This document shows, piece after piece, positions 35,104 through 64,000 of a stretch of 64,000 nt of DNA. Under the pieces are notes generated by a model. That model worked only from the letters and a program-made list of their open reading frames with translations. It made no database searches and was not told the origin of the DNA. This DNA is from Macrostomum lignano (lineage: Eukaryota): the NCBI GenBank assembly GCA_002269645.1, contig NIVC01000516.1:248001-312000 (forward strand), written 5' to 3'. The translations under genes and the position numbers were made by a program. Numbering within the stretch: position 1 is the first letter of the stretch; each line of letters opens with the position of its first letter.

Positions 35104-35945
35104 GTAATAGACTGAATCATTGGGATATATAATAAACGAATTGGCTGCAGACTATTAAAGGTTATATAGACTTGGGTTCTTTTAGACTTTTTCAGCAAAA
35201 ACATGGAGTTACAAATATTGAAATTAGACGGACTAAAATCTGAATTATATAAATAATAAAATAAGAGTTAAAATTTCATTTCTCTTACTAACAGTAGAGT
35301 AGTGCTATTATTGCGTACATTTAAATAGAACAGTCCAGGCGTGCACGCAAAGTAAAAGAAACCAATAATGGCTTCGAATTCGGGAAACTTTTTTCCAATT
35401 TTTGTCATTTTTTATAGATAACCTTAAAGAACGTTCGCTCGTCTGATCGGCGCATTTTTTAACTTAAAAAAACTTCATATTCAGTTGAGTACGTACTCAG
35501 ACTTCCTCTTTGCTCACGGTCAAGTCCCTCAGCTTCAAAGACGGCACGCTTGGCACGCGCGGTTCAGCGTGGGTTTTTCGCAACTTTTCGCATTGTCGAT
35601 TTTTTGCATGAGTTGCTTTTTCCAAGAACAAAAGAACGCCGTTAGTTCGCTCGCATAGTTCCTTCTTTGATGAGGATGAGGTGTGGGATTTTTTTTCACA
35701 CCTTTCCATAATAAATAGCATTTGTGGATTCCGCCTTTATTAATCGAGGGGTGTGGAGTCTATGGACGAAGACCACGCCTTCTTGCGGTGTGCAGTGCAT
35801 CCTTGAAGACCATTCACCATCATTGTGCGATCGGGACTCTGGTCAGTGGCTGTATAAGTTTTATAAGTGACGGCAGCTGGTAGGCGTTTGAAGTTTTGCG
35901 CGCCTGTAAGTTGTAAAAAAACTACGAATAAATGCTATGGACAGT

Positions 35946-35981
35946 TCCATGGACAACTAGAGAACTCTAGTTGTCCATGGA
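35946..35981. repeat. Perfect 17-bp inverted repeat with 2-nt loop
   Basis: TCCATGGACAACTAGAG-AA-CTCTAGTTGTCCATGGA. The 14-mer CCATGGACAACTAG recurs at 26336-26349. Confidence 0.8.
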
Positions 35982-36069
35982 CAGATCTTGTGTGTGAGGT
36001 CCGGGTCGGCTGCCTTCACTGCAGTTGATTTGCAGTTTTGAAAGATAAACAGATGATCGACGGATGGCG

Positions 36070-36620
36070 GGCGGATGGGGAGAGACTTGGGGTTTAAAGG
36101 GGGCGGATTGGAGAGACTTGGGGTTTAAAGGGGTAGATGGGAGAGACTTGGGGTTTAAAGGGGTAGATGGGAGAGACTTGGGGTTTAAAGGGGGCGGATG
36201 GGAGAGAATTGGGGTTTAAAGGGGCGGATGGGGAGAGTCTGGGGTTTAAAGGGGGCGGATGGGGAGAGACTTGGGGTTTTTAAGGGGTGGATTGGAGAGA
36301 CTTGGGGTTTTTAAGGGGTGGATTGGAGAGACTTGGGGTTTAAAGGGGCGGATGGGAGAGACTTTAGGTTTAAAGGGGCGGATTGGAGAGACTTGGGGTT
36401 TAAAGGGGCGGATTGGAGAGACTTGGGGTTTAAAGGGGTAGAGGGGTAGATGGGAGAGACTTGGGGTTTAAAGGGGCGGATGGGGAGAGTCTGGGGGTTT
36501 AAAGGGGGCGGATGGGGAGAGACTTGAGGTTTAAAGGGGCGGATTGGAGAGACTTGGGGTTTAAAGGGGGCGGATGGGAGAGACTTGGGGTTTAAAGGGG
36601 GCAGATGGGAGAGATTTGGG
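36070..36620. repeat. ~30-bp G-rich minisatellite upstream of the zinc-finger gene
   Basis: GGGGTTTAAAGGGGCGGATGGGAGAGACTT. Confidence 0.9.
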
Positions 36621-37096
36621 ATCCCAATTCATAGGCAATTTCTGTTGTAGAACTGGAGCTCATGGGGAAAAAGAATTTGATAAAAAGGCTCGTAGGCTGC
36701 CTATTGGACAGGTTGGGAGGGGGGTGGCGCTCCGCCCTGAGCCTCCCTCTCTTCTCTCCAATCCCTCGAAAGGATCCTGGGATCCCTGCTCCCGCTCTCT
36801 TTTTTTGTGAAAAAAAAACTTTGCAACCCGCGCACGGCACCTCCCACCCTCCCCTCCGCTCCCGGGTCGCCCTCAGCCGCTTTTTTAAAAGGCCGCCCCT
36901 CCCCCTTTCGAACCGGAGACCCGAAGAAAAAGCAGCTTTCGGGAACCAGCTCCGAAAAAAGCCGCTCCTACTTGCAACGCAAGAAAGTTGGCAATTTTTT
37001 ACACATTTATTTTGTCGCTTACCAACTTTGGCTGGCCAGAAGCGAACAAAAGTTTTTAGACAAAAAAGTAGAATAATCCCGAATTCAACCACCGCA

Positions 37097-54004
<16,908 letters not shown>

Positions 54005-54074
54005 GCGGCCGAATTGAAGGATCCAGAAACACCAGCTCCAGTGAGTAAGCTGCCCGTATTGCCTACTGTAGTCT

Positions 54075-56450
54075 ACAGGTTGTCTGATGTATTATTGCAG
54101 TCTGCAGAAGTCTGATGTATTATTGCAGTCTGAAGAAGTCTGATGTATTATTGCAGTCTGCAGAATTCTGATGTATTATTGCAGTCTGCAGAAGTCTGAT
54201 GTATTATTGCAGTCTGCAGAAGTCTGATGCATTATTGCAGTCTGCAGAAGTCTGATGCATTATTGCAGTCTGCAGAATTCTGATGCATTATTGCAGTCTG
54301 CAGAATTCTGATGCATTATTGCAGTCTGCAGAATTCTGATGCATTATTGCAGTCTGCAGAATTCTGATGCATTATTGCAGTCTGCAGAATTCTGATGCAT
54401 TATTGCAGTCTGCAGAAGTCTGATGCATTATTGCAGTCTGCAGAATTCTGATGCATTATTGCAGTCTGCAGAATTCTGATGCATTATTGCAGTCTGCAGA
54501 ATTCTGATGCATTATTGCAGTCTGCAGAATTCTGATGCATTATTGCATTCTGCAGCTTGTCTGATGTATTATTGCAGTCTAGAATTGCAGCTTGTCTGAT
54601 GTATTATTGCAGTCTAGAATTGCAGCTTGTCTGATGCATTATTGCAGTCTAGAATTGCAGCTTGTCTGATGTATTATTGCAGTCTAGAATTGCAGCTTGT
54701 CTGATGTATTATTGCAGTCTAGAATTGCAGCTTGTCTGATGTATTATTGCAGTCTAGAATTGCAGCTTGTCTGATGTATTATTGCAGTCTAGAATTGCAG
54801 CTTGTCTGATGTATTATTGCAGTCTAGAATTGCAGCTTGTCTGATGTATTATTGCAGTCTAGAATTGCAGCTTGTCTGATGCATTATTGCAGTCTAGAAT
54901 TGCAGCTTGTCTGATGTATTATTGCAGTCTAGAATTGCAGCTTGTCTGATGTATTATTGCAGTCTAGAATTGCAGCTTGTCTGATGTATTATTGCAGTCT
55001 AGAATTGCAGCTTGTCTGATGTATTATTGCAGTCTAGAATTGCAGCTTGTCTGATGTATTATTGCAGTCTAGAATTGCAGCTTGTCTGATGTATTATTGC
55101 AGTCTAGAATTGCAGCTTGTCTGATGCATTATTGCAGTCTAGAATTGCAGCTTGTCTGATGTATTATTGCAGTCTAGAATTGCAGCTTGTCTGATGTATT
55201 ATTGCAGTCTAGAATTGCAGCTTGTCTGATGTATTATTGCAGTCTAGAATTGCAGCTTGTCTGATGTATTATTGCAGTCTAGAATTGCAGCTTGTCTGAT
55301 TTATTATTGCAGTCGAGAATTGCAGCTTGTCTGATGCATTATTGCAGTCTAGAATTGCAGCTTGTCTGATGTATTATTGCAGTCTAGAATTGCAGCTTGT
55401 CTGATGTATTATTGCAGTCTAGAATTCCAGCTTGTCTGATGTATTATTGCAGACTAGAATTGCAGCTTGTCTGATGTATTATTGCAGTCTAGAATTGCAG
55501 CTTGTCTGATGTATTATTGCAGTCTAGAATTGCAGCTTGTCTGATGTATTATTGCAGTCTAGAATTGCAGCTTGTCTGATGTATTATTGCAGTCTAGAAT
55601 TGCAGCTTGTCTGATGTATTATTGCAGTCTAGAATTGCAGCTTGTCTGATGTATTATTGCAGTCTAGAATTGCAGCTTGTCTGATGCATTATTGCAGTCT
55701 AGAATTGCAGCTTGTCTGATGTATTATTGCAGTCTAGAATTCCAGCTTGTCTGATGTATTATTGCAGACTAGAATTGCAGCTTGTCTGATGTATTATTGC
55801 AGTCTAGAATTGCAGCTTGTCTGATGTATTATTGCAGTCTAGAATTGCAGCTTGTCTGATGTATTATTGCAGTCTAGAATTGCAGCTTGTCTGATGTATT
55901 ATTGCAGTCTAGAATTGCAGCTTGTCTGATGTATTATTGCAGTCTAGAATTGCAGCTTGTCTGATGTATTATTGCAGTCTAGAATTGCAGCTTGTCTGAT
56001 GCATTATTGCAGTCTAGAATTGCAGCTTGTCTGATGTATTATTGCAGTCTAGAATTGCAGCTTGTCTGATGTATTATTGCAGTCTAGAATTGCAGCTTGT
56101 CTGATGTATTATTGCAGTCTAGAATTGCAGCTTGTCTGATGTATTATTGCAGTCTAGAATTGCAGCTTGTCTGATGTATTATTGCAGTCTAGAATTGCAG
56201 CTTGTCTGATGCATTATTGCAGTCTAGAATTGCAGCTTGTCTGATGTATTATTGCAGTCTAGAATTGCAGCTTGTCTGATGCATTATTGCAGTCTAGAAT
56301 TGCAGCTTGTCTGATGTATTATTGCAGTCTAGAATTGCAGCTTGTCTGATGTATTATTGCAGTCTAGAATTGCAGCTTGTCTGATGTATTATTGCAGTCT
56401 AGAATTGCAGCTTGTCTGATGTATTATTGCAGTCTAGAATTGCAGCTTCC
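54075..56450. repeat. Compound array: 28-bp units (to ~54550), then ~54 copies of a related 35-bp unit
   Basis: TCTGATGCATTATTGCAGTCTGCAGAAT switches to TCTGATGTATTATTGCAGTCTAGAATTGCAGCTTG. Confidence 0.95.
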
Positions 56451-57369
56451 TGAATCTAAACACAACTTACAGCCAACTCATGCTGTATAATCCGATCCAT
56501 CTATTATCCCACTATTTCAGAAGTTATCGTCAGCCCAGTTGTCTATGGCATACACACACAAGACGCGCATATCGATCGATACTACTAAAAGTAACAGCAC
56601 TAGCAGTGGAATACGTTATTAAAAAAAACTTGATTTGATAAAAAATTATCGTTGTCACTTTAAAGAAATCTACCATATCTGTCTGACAGACAGTCTCGTA
56701 TAAAAGCTTTTGACAACAAGCTTAATTCAATTTGTTGTATTGTGCCGTTCTGTCTTAAATGTATAGCTTAACAGTTTTGACAAACATATATAAACATATA
56801 GACACGTGTTTTATATGCAACTCCTTTAAAATATTATATAGCAATCGCACCGCTCATATTGAAGCATAGATATGAATACCAAACTATGTTATATTTGTGT
56901 CCAGCTACAATCTGTCATTAACTATGAGCTCGTTTAGATAGGATGGAAAGCCTCGTTTCTTAGAAAAAAAAGTTTTTTGGAGCGTTGGGTTCGGCACCAA
57001 AATAGCGATAGTTTTTTTAGACATCTTAATTAAGCATAAATGCCTTCAAAATTACTTTTCTAAGAAACGATTCTAAGAAATGAAGTTTCTCGTCCTACGA
57101 GTACTTAAGGCGCCCTTGACTCTTCATAACTCACTAATACAATCTATCTGTTTATCTGCTTGCCTGTTTTTTAGCTTCTCATAAAAAAGCACATTTTTTC
57201 TATTTACTTATTGCTGTTTGTTATTCGCGCTACTGTCTAATTTACACCTAGCTTCTGAATGCTATCTATATAATTATAAATACAACCTGTGCGACACCAA
57301 GTTATCTTTCCCGCTAGCTGATTGAGTTGATTCTTGACTTTAAATTAATGTAAGTTTCGCAATAACTGC

Positions 57370-57780
57370 GGAACTGAATGTGACTGATTGTGGCACTGAA
57401 TGTGACTGTGACTGTGGCACTGAATGTGATTGTGACTGTGGCACTGAATGTGACCTTGATTGTGGCACTGAATGTGACTGTGACTGTGGCACTGAATGTG
57501 ACTGTGACTGTGGCACTGAATCTGACTGTGACTGTGGCAATGAATCTGACTGATTGCGGCACTAATTGTGACCTTGATTGTGGCACTGAATCTGACTGAC
57601 TGTGGCACTGAATGTGACCTTGATTGTGGCACTGAATCTGACTGTGACTGTGGCACTGAATGTGACCTTGATTGTGGCACTGAATGTGACCTTGATTGTG
57701 GCACTGAATGTGACTGACTGTGGCACTGAATGTGACCTTGATTGTGGCACTGAATGTGACCGTGACTGTGGCACTGAATA
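57370..57780. repeat. ~20-24-bp minisatellite (TGTGGCACTGAATGTGACC/TG)
   Basis: Direct periodicity. Confidence 0.88.
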
Positions 57781-59471
57781 CAAGTCTGCTAATAAAAATA
57801 AAGAAGAATTTGCTTTGATTGCTAGTAAATTCAAGAATCTGACGATTTCACATTTTGCAACAGCAAGCTTTAGACAGCAGAGAAGGAAAATGTATCAGAA
57901 TATATTTTTTAAAGAAACAATTTAGGAAAGAGAAAAAAGTTAGTTAAACCAAGAAGGCATCTTCGCGTGAATGTATCTCCGGTAGCTGGTATGAAAAGGA
58001 CATTAGCTACTTAAGTCGTAAAGCATTGGTTTGTTTAAAATGAAGATAAAACGCCAACAGACTAATGAGTTCTAAAGAAATACAATCAAACATAGGACTC
58101 TTTCATGCTATTGTAAGCCTTTAAAAGTAAAACGAGAGAATTAACTATGAAATACTCGTAATACAAAATGTGTTGCAGCCAGAACTGAAGGAACTAAAGG
58201 CAACCTTGAATAGAAGATCAAATTTTAGAATATGAGTCTTACATAGCAACAGAAGGTTTGCTTGACATTATAATTTTTGGCACTAATAAGCAGAGAAAAA
58301 TCTTTCAATCGCGTTTTGACGCGTTATACTTACTCGTAGATTGAGATAAAATAAGCCAGTAATCATTAGTAGGATTAGCAGAGGAAATTAATAGTATCAC
58401 AAATCAATACTTTCAATTAAATTCCAAGTTTCAATGCCAATTCATGCGATTCACAGTTGGTCGCATTGTTCTACTGTTTAGTAGCAAGTAGAGAAAACAG
58501 CATATTATTTGTGAAAACGGTAAATATTTGAACCGCCTGAGTAGCAGTAGGTAATAGCAGCCACGTGACTCTTTATTATCAGTGCAGGGCAAATGTACAT
58601 TCTGTTTAGCAGACATTGTACATCAACAGCCCGGGGTGTGCAAGGTGGATAGAGAAGTGACGAAGGCCTCTAACCTCCTTTCCCCCCAGCCAAACCCCAT
58701 CCGACCGCGTCTTTTCACAGGAAATCTCTTGCCGCCCAAATTTTATTGCCTTCCTCTGCGCTCCAGCCATGTATATTTCTATGTAAGCCGTTATACGTCT
58801 GCAAGCTTTGGCTTCTAAATTTATCAAGTCTTTTTATCTCTGCCTAAACCTTAGTCCTATTTATAAAATAGCTTCTGTGTTCTTCCTTACTACTGAATTG
58901 AAAGTAGAAAACACTTACTAAGCATATATGCCTAAGTGACCCATCTAAGTCATTCTAGTAGATGATGTGCTTATTCAGCAATTAAATTAGACTGGTATTA
59001 AAAATACTCAGAACAGTTTTTTTGTTTTTTTTAACAAAACAAATTAAAGGCGAGAGTTTAAAATAATTAAAAATATGCACTTGTTCCGTGTGCACTAAGT
59101 ATATTTTAATCATATTATTAAGCCATTAGGATTATGTACAATTGTACTTGTACATAAAAAGGGTAAAAAGCATAGAACCAAAAATTAATATATATATAAA
59201 AATTATTAGCCTACTATAAGTAGGCTTCTTTGGAGATCTAGCGTACAATTGCAGGCTATATTTTTTGTAAGAAAATGAAAACAATTCGCTTGTTTCCCTA
59301 CTCTATCAGCAAATAAAATGATGCTTCAATTTGGCGTTGCACGCATCACTCATGCTGCATTAGTTTAATGCGATGAGCTGTATTGTTTCTTTAAAATGAA
59401 CTAATTTGCCACGTTTAGTGCGTGTAATGGAAATTTTTGACTGGAGAAATTCAAGATTGTTACAAGAACGG

Positions 59472-60305
59472 GGAGACATGTGGGGTGTGGGATTAGGGAT
59501 GGGGATACATATAAGGTGTGGGATTAGGGATGGGGATACATATAAGGTGTGGGATTAGGGATGGGGATACATATAAGGTGTGGGATTAGGGATGGGGATA
59601 CACATGGGGTGTGGGATAAAGGATGGGGATAATATGGGGTGTGGGATTAGGCATGGGGGAGAGACACATATGGGGTGTAGGATAAAGGATGGGGATAATA
59701 TGGGGTGTGGGATTAGGCATGGGGAGAGACACATATGGGGTGTGGGATTAGGTATGGGGAGAGACACATATGGGGTGTGGGATTAGGTATGGGGGAGAGA
59801 CACATATGGGGTGTGGGATAAAGGATGGGGATAATATGGGGTGTGGGATTAGGCATGGGGGAGAGACACATATGGGGTGTGGGATTAGGCATGGGGGAGA
59901 GACACATATGGGGTGTGGGATTAGGCATGGGGAGAGATACATATGGGGTGTGGGATTAGGCATGGGGGAGAGACACATATGGGGTGTGGGATTAGGCATG
60001 GGGGAGAGACACATATGGGGTGTGGGATTAGGCATGGGGGAGAGACACATATGGGGTGTGGGATTAGGCATGGGGAGAGACACATATGGGGTGTGGGATT
60101 AGGCATGGGGAGAGACACATATGGGGTGTGGGATTAGGCATGGGGGAGAGACACATGGGGTGTGGGATTAGGCATGGGGAAAGATACATATGGGGTGTGG
60201 GATTAGGCATGGGGGAGAGACACATATGGGGTGTGGGATTAGGCATAGTGATTAATATGGGGTATGGGGCATGGGGGACAGACACACATGGAGTGTGGGA
60301 TTAGG
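59472..60305. repeat. ~36-bp G-rich minisatellite
   Basis: GGGGTGTGGGATTAGGCATGGGGGAGAGACACATAT, just downstream of the GT92 stop codon. Confidence 0.92.
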
Positions 60306-60358
60306 CAGGGGTGACAGGAGATAACTTAGGTAAAAAACGACCGCTACTCATCAATCAG

Positions 60359-63300
60359 CTAGCTAACAGGCAGGCCCAGCACAGTCCTGGCCCGTAGCGC
60401 CCTAGCAACCAGCTGCTCTCTGTATCGCAGCATAACCGGATCCTGCACAAAGCTCTTCTCACCGCCGCCCTCCCAGCTCCTGTAGTGATGCATGCCGGCA
60501 GTGTTGAAGTCCACGGAGGCCGTGCTGCCGCTGAAATAGCGCCAGACATTGTGCACGCCCATGACTCTAACAAAATGAGGCCTAACAATCATCTTGGATC
60601 TGGAGCCGTGCGAATAAATAACCGCCTCCCGGCGTAGCTTTAATAGGGCCGACAATTTCAGTCCGGCAATGGTGGCGTTGGCGGCTATCTGAGGATCGCT
60701 GGGCCATTCTAGCCGATAGAATGTGTTCTGAAATGACAGGCCGCCAGTGCCAAGGTCCGGCATCTTAGTCCGGATCAGATCTCGCCAGTTATTAAAACCT
60801 GCAGACCTGGGCACAATCACTTCATCCATGTCGGTGAATACGGCAAATTCAAAGTCTGCCGAGGCTCGCATAATGCAGTCCTGCAGCATGGCCATCTGGG
60901 CATAGTACTTCACGTCCTCAGTGTAGCCTGGCGGCAGCGGCCACACGTGCACTTTCACGGGCGGGTGGAATGGCAGGATGGTGAGGTCCCTGGCGAACTG
61001 CAATTTGGCGTCCAATGAGGGCTGAAACTGATTACTGGCTTCATGATGGACCATGGTCCTTCAGCTAGTCTCTCATGATGGACCATGGTCCTTCAGCTAG
61101 TCTCTCATGATGGACCATGGTCCTTCAGCTAGTCTCTCATGATGGACCATGGTCCTTCAGCTAGTCTCTCATGATGGACCATGGTCCTTCAGCTAGTCTC
61201 TCATGATGGACCATGGTCCTTCAGCTAGTCTCTCATGATGGACCATGGTCCTTCAGCTAGTCTCTCATGATGGACCATGGTCCTTCAGCTAGTCTCTCAT
61301 GATGGACCATGGTCCTTCAGCTAGTCTCTCATGATGGACCATGGTCCTTCAGCTAGTCTCTCATGATGGACCATGGTCCTTCAGCTAGTCTCTCATGATG
61401 GACCATGGTCCTTCAGCTAGTCTCTCACGATGGACCATGGTCCTTCAGCTAGTCTCTCATGATGGACCATGGTCCTTCAGCTAGTCTCTCATGATGGACC
61501 ATGGTCCTTCAGCTAGTCTCTCATGATGGACCATGGTCCTTCAGCTAGTCTCTCATGATGGACCATGGTCCTTCAGCTAGTCTCTCATGATGGACCATGG
61601 TCCTTCAGCTAGTCTCTCACGATGGACCATGGTCCCTCAGCTAGTCTCTTTCAGTATGTAGTCACTACAAGCTCAAAACTTCGCACATTTTTATCATGGT
61701 TAATAACCGGATCAACAAAAGAACTTTAATGCCTAAGAATATAAACAGATGAAGTTATTTGCAAACTTTACCTGCTCATTAGCCAGCATTTTGGTCATTC
61801 GCTCGCTAGTAGTATGATTATACACAAAGAACCAATCGGCCCCAAACAACCGGTTCAATTCGAAAGTCTGCACCAATTCGTCTACTTTATCGTAGTGCAG
61901 ATTTAACGGAGTAACGCACACGGCGATGCGACCGTTGCCAACCGGCTCAGCCGGCAAAGGGCGCACAGAGTGAATGCCGTTGGGCTGGGCGCAGGCGGAT
62001 CTGGCAAAAACACGACTGGATTTCTAAATATTTGTTGATCCTGAACCGGGATTGGCATTTTAGGATTCATTCGGACTAGAACCGTAAACCTTTAGGACTG
62101 GGATCCTTAACCCTCAAGATGGGGATCCTTAACCCTCAGGATGGGGATCTTTAACCCTTCAGGATGGGGATCTTTAACCCTTCAGAATGGGGATCCTTAA
62201 CCCTCAAGATGGGGATCCTTAACCCTCAGGATGGGGATCCTTAATCCTTCAGGATTGGGATCCTTAACCCTTCAGGATGGGGATCTTTAACCCTTCAGGA
62301 TGGGGATCCTTAACCCTTCAGGATTGGGATCCTTAACCCTTCAGGATTGGGATCCTTAACCCTTCAGGATTGGGATCCTTAACCCTTCAGGATGGGGATC
62401 TTTAACCCTTCAGGATGGGGATCTTTAACCCTTCAGGATGGGGATCCTTAACCCTCAAGATGGGGATCCTTAACCCTCAGGATGGGGATCCTTAACCCTT
62501 CAGGATTGGGATCCTTAACCCTTCAGGATGGGGATCTTTAACCCTTCAGGATGGGGATCCTTAACCCTTCAGGATGGGGATCCTTAACCCTTCAGGATGG
62601 GGATCCTTAACCCTTCAGGATGGGGATCTTTAACCCTTCAGGATGGGGATCTTTAACCCTCAGGATGGGGACCCTTAACCCTTCAGGATTGGGATCTTTA
62701 ACCCTCATGATTGGGATCATTAATACTCAGGATGGGGATCCTTAACCTCAGGATGGGGATCCTTAACCTCAGGATGGGGATCTTTAAGCTTCAGGATTGG
62801 AACTTTCACCCTTCAGGATCGTGATTTTAACCTTCAGGATTGGGATCCTTCCTTAACCATCAGGATTGGGATCCTTAACCTTCAGGATTGGGATCCTTAA
62901 ACCTCAGGATTGGGATCATTAAATCTCAGGATTGGGATCCTTAACCTCAGGATTGGGATCATTAAACCTCAGGATTGGGATCCTTAACCTCAGGATTGGG
63001 ATCCTTAACCTTCACCCTTCAGGATGGGGATCTTTAACCCTCAGGATTGGGTTGGCAATGGCACCCAAACCTTACCTGGCAAAAGACACGGCGTAGGGCG
63101 CCTCGCCGTCAGGCGCCCTGTTCTCGCAGCTGAGCAGCACGGAATCGTAGCGCCTGCCGTTGCCCTCCGGCACAACCTCCACGCTGGCTGGCACAGCAGC
63201 CATCACATCGGCGTATCGGCGATACCACAATTGGCAGAGCAGGCCGTTGGCCCGGCCGGCCAGGGCGATGCCGACAGCTCGGACAACTGGCCGGCCGGAT

Positions 63301-63377
63301 TTCTCGCGCCGATCGTAGTAGGCCGAGTAAGTGAGCACGTCCTTGTCGTTGGGGTGGATGCTCAGAAAGCGGAGCTC
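60359..63377 (-). CDS. Glycosyltransferase family 92 (DUF23, GALT-1-like beta-1,4-galactosyltransferase), 5'-partial. Exons 63377-63076, 62000-61772, 61021 (or 60997)-60359
   Basis: Phase-consistent GT-AG exons. Motifs YSAYYDRR, IAVCVTPL, FELNRLFGADWFFVYN, YYAQMAMLQDC...FAVFTDMDEVIVPR, RSKMIVRPHFVRVMGVHNV, MHHYR. Upstream exon(s) lie beyond the window. Two in-frame acceptors are possible for the last exon. Confidence 0.8.
61040..61650. repeat. 32-bp minisatellite, ~19 near-identical copies, each with the palindrome GGACCATGGTCC
   Basis: TCATGATGGACCATGGTCCTTCAGCTAGTCTC. Confidence 0.95.
62090..63050. repeat. ~21-22-bp GGGATC-core minisatellite
   Basis: GGGGATCCTTAACCCTTCAGGAT variants. Confidence 0.92.
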
Positions 63378-63447
63378 CTTTATTATAAGCAGAATAGGGG
63401 ATGACAGGTTTGAGGATGGGCGGGCGACAGCGGATCCAGAGGGGGAG

Positions 63448-63862
63448 AGGGGTCAGGTGACCCCCCTTGTCAATGAAATAATCGTGAGGGGTCAGGTGAC
63501 CCCCCTTGTCAATGATTTGGTGGTAGAGGCCAGCTGACCCCTTTTTCAATGAAATAATCGTGTAAGGGGTCAGGTCACCCCTCTTGTCAATGAAATGGTG
63601 GCGTAGGGGTCAGGTGACCTCCCAATTGTCAATGAAATGGTGGCGTAGGGGTCAGGTGACCTCCCAATTGTCAATGAAATGGTCTAGGGGTCAGGTGACC
63701 CTCTTGTCAATGAAATGATGGTGTAGGGGTCAGCTGACCCCTTTGTCAATGAAATGGTGGTCCATGGGTCAGGTGACCCTCTTGTCAATGAAATGGTGGC
63801 GTAGGGGTCAGGTGATCTCCCAATTGTCAATGAAATAGTAGCGTAGGCGTCAGGTGACCCCC
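63448..63862. repeat. 39-bp minisatellite with an internal GGGGTCA-NN-TGACCCC inverted repeat
   Basis: AGGGGTCAGGTGACCCCTCTTGTCAATGAAATGGTGGCGT variants. Confidence 0.9.
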
Positions 63863-64000
63863 TCACTCGGAGAAACATACAGTTATCATCTTTCAAATTA
63901 ACTGTCTGAAGTTCTGAACTGTGATGGATCCAAGCACTTGAGTCTGTACTTAATCACGACAGCTTTATCCAAATGTGAAAATTGTGTTCTAATAGATAAA

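Noticed and set aside
36662-37096. 145-aa N-terminal extension of the zinc-finger ORF
   Set aside because: Composition (A/T runs, CT-rich) looks like promoter/5' UTR; coding-like bias starts at ATG 37097. Not excluded without transcript data.
56953-57070. 15-bp inverted repeat (TCGTTTCTTAGAAAA / TTTTCTAAGAAACGA) with 88-bp spacer
   Set aside because: AT-rich with no TSD or clear outer termini; may be an old MITE but cannot be supported.

Overview
Eukaryotic (animal) genomic DNA, not prokaryotic. It has GC-rich exons, GT-AG introns, polyQ/polyA-rich proteins and introns largely filled with locus-specific minisatellites. The overall style resembles a free-living flatworm such as Macrostomum; that is an inference only. 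I reconstructed six protein-coding genes by hand with frame-consistent splice junctions: (1) the 3' part of condensin I subunit CAP-G (NCAPG, +, 924-7486); (2) a complete 12-exon cation-chloride cotransporter SLC12A9/CIP1 (+, 10315-24412); (3) a 5-exon VGLUT-like SLC17 transporter (-, 34112-25889); (4) an intronless fungal-type GT15 (Kre2/Mnt1-like) mannosyltransferase homolog nested antisense in the last SLC17 intron (+, 26723-27865); (5) a Rotund/LIN-29/ZNF384-type six-finger C2H2 transcription factor (+, 37097-54004); (6) the 3' part of a GT92/DUF23 glycosyltransferase (-, 63377-60359). Mobile DNA comprises two decayed non-LTR retrotransposons, a tRNA-derived SINE with a 10-bp TSD, two MITEs and a 52-bp palindromic micro-insertion with a 7-bp TSD. 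About 40 tandem arrays account for most of the spurious ORFs in the track. The most notable observations are the nested GT15 gene, an NCAPG intron built from amplified copies of its own exon/5'-splice-site junction (9 identical donors, only the first productive), a templated 75-bp insertion with a 22-bp duplication, inverted minisatellites flanking exons, and a VGLUT-like protein with His-to-Glu at the VGLUT2 H128-equivalent site.
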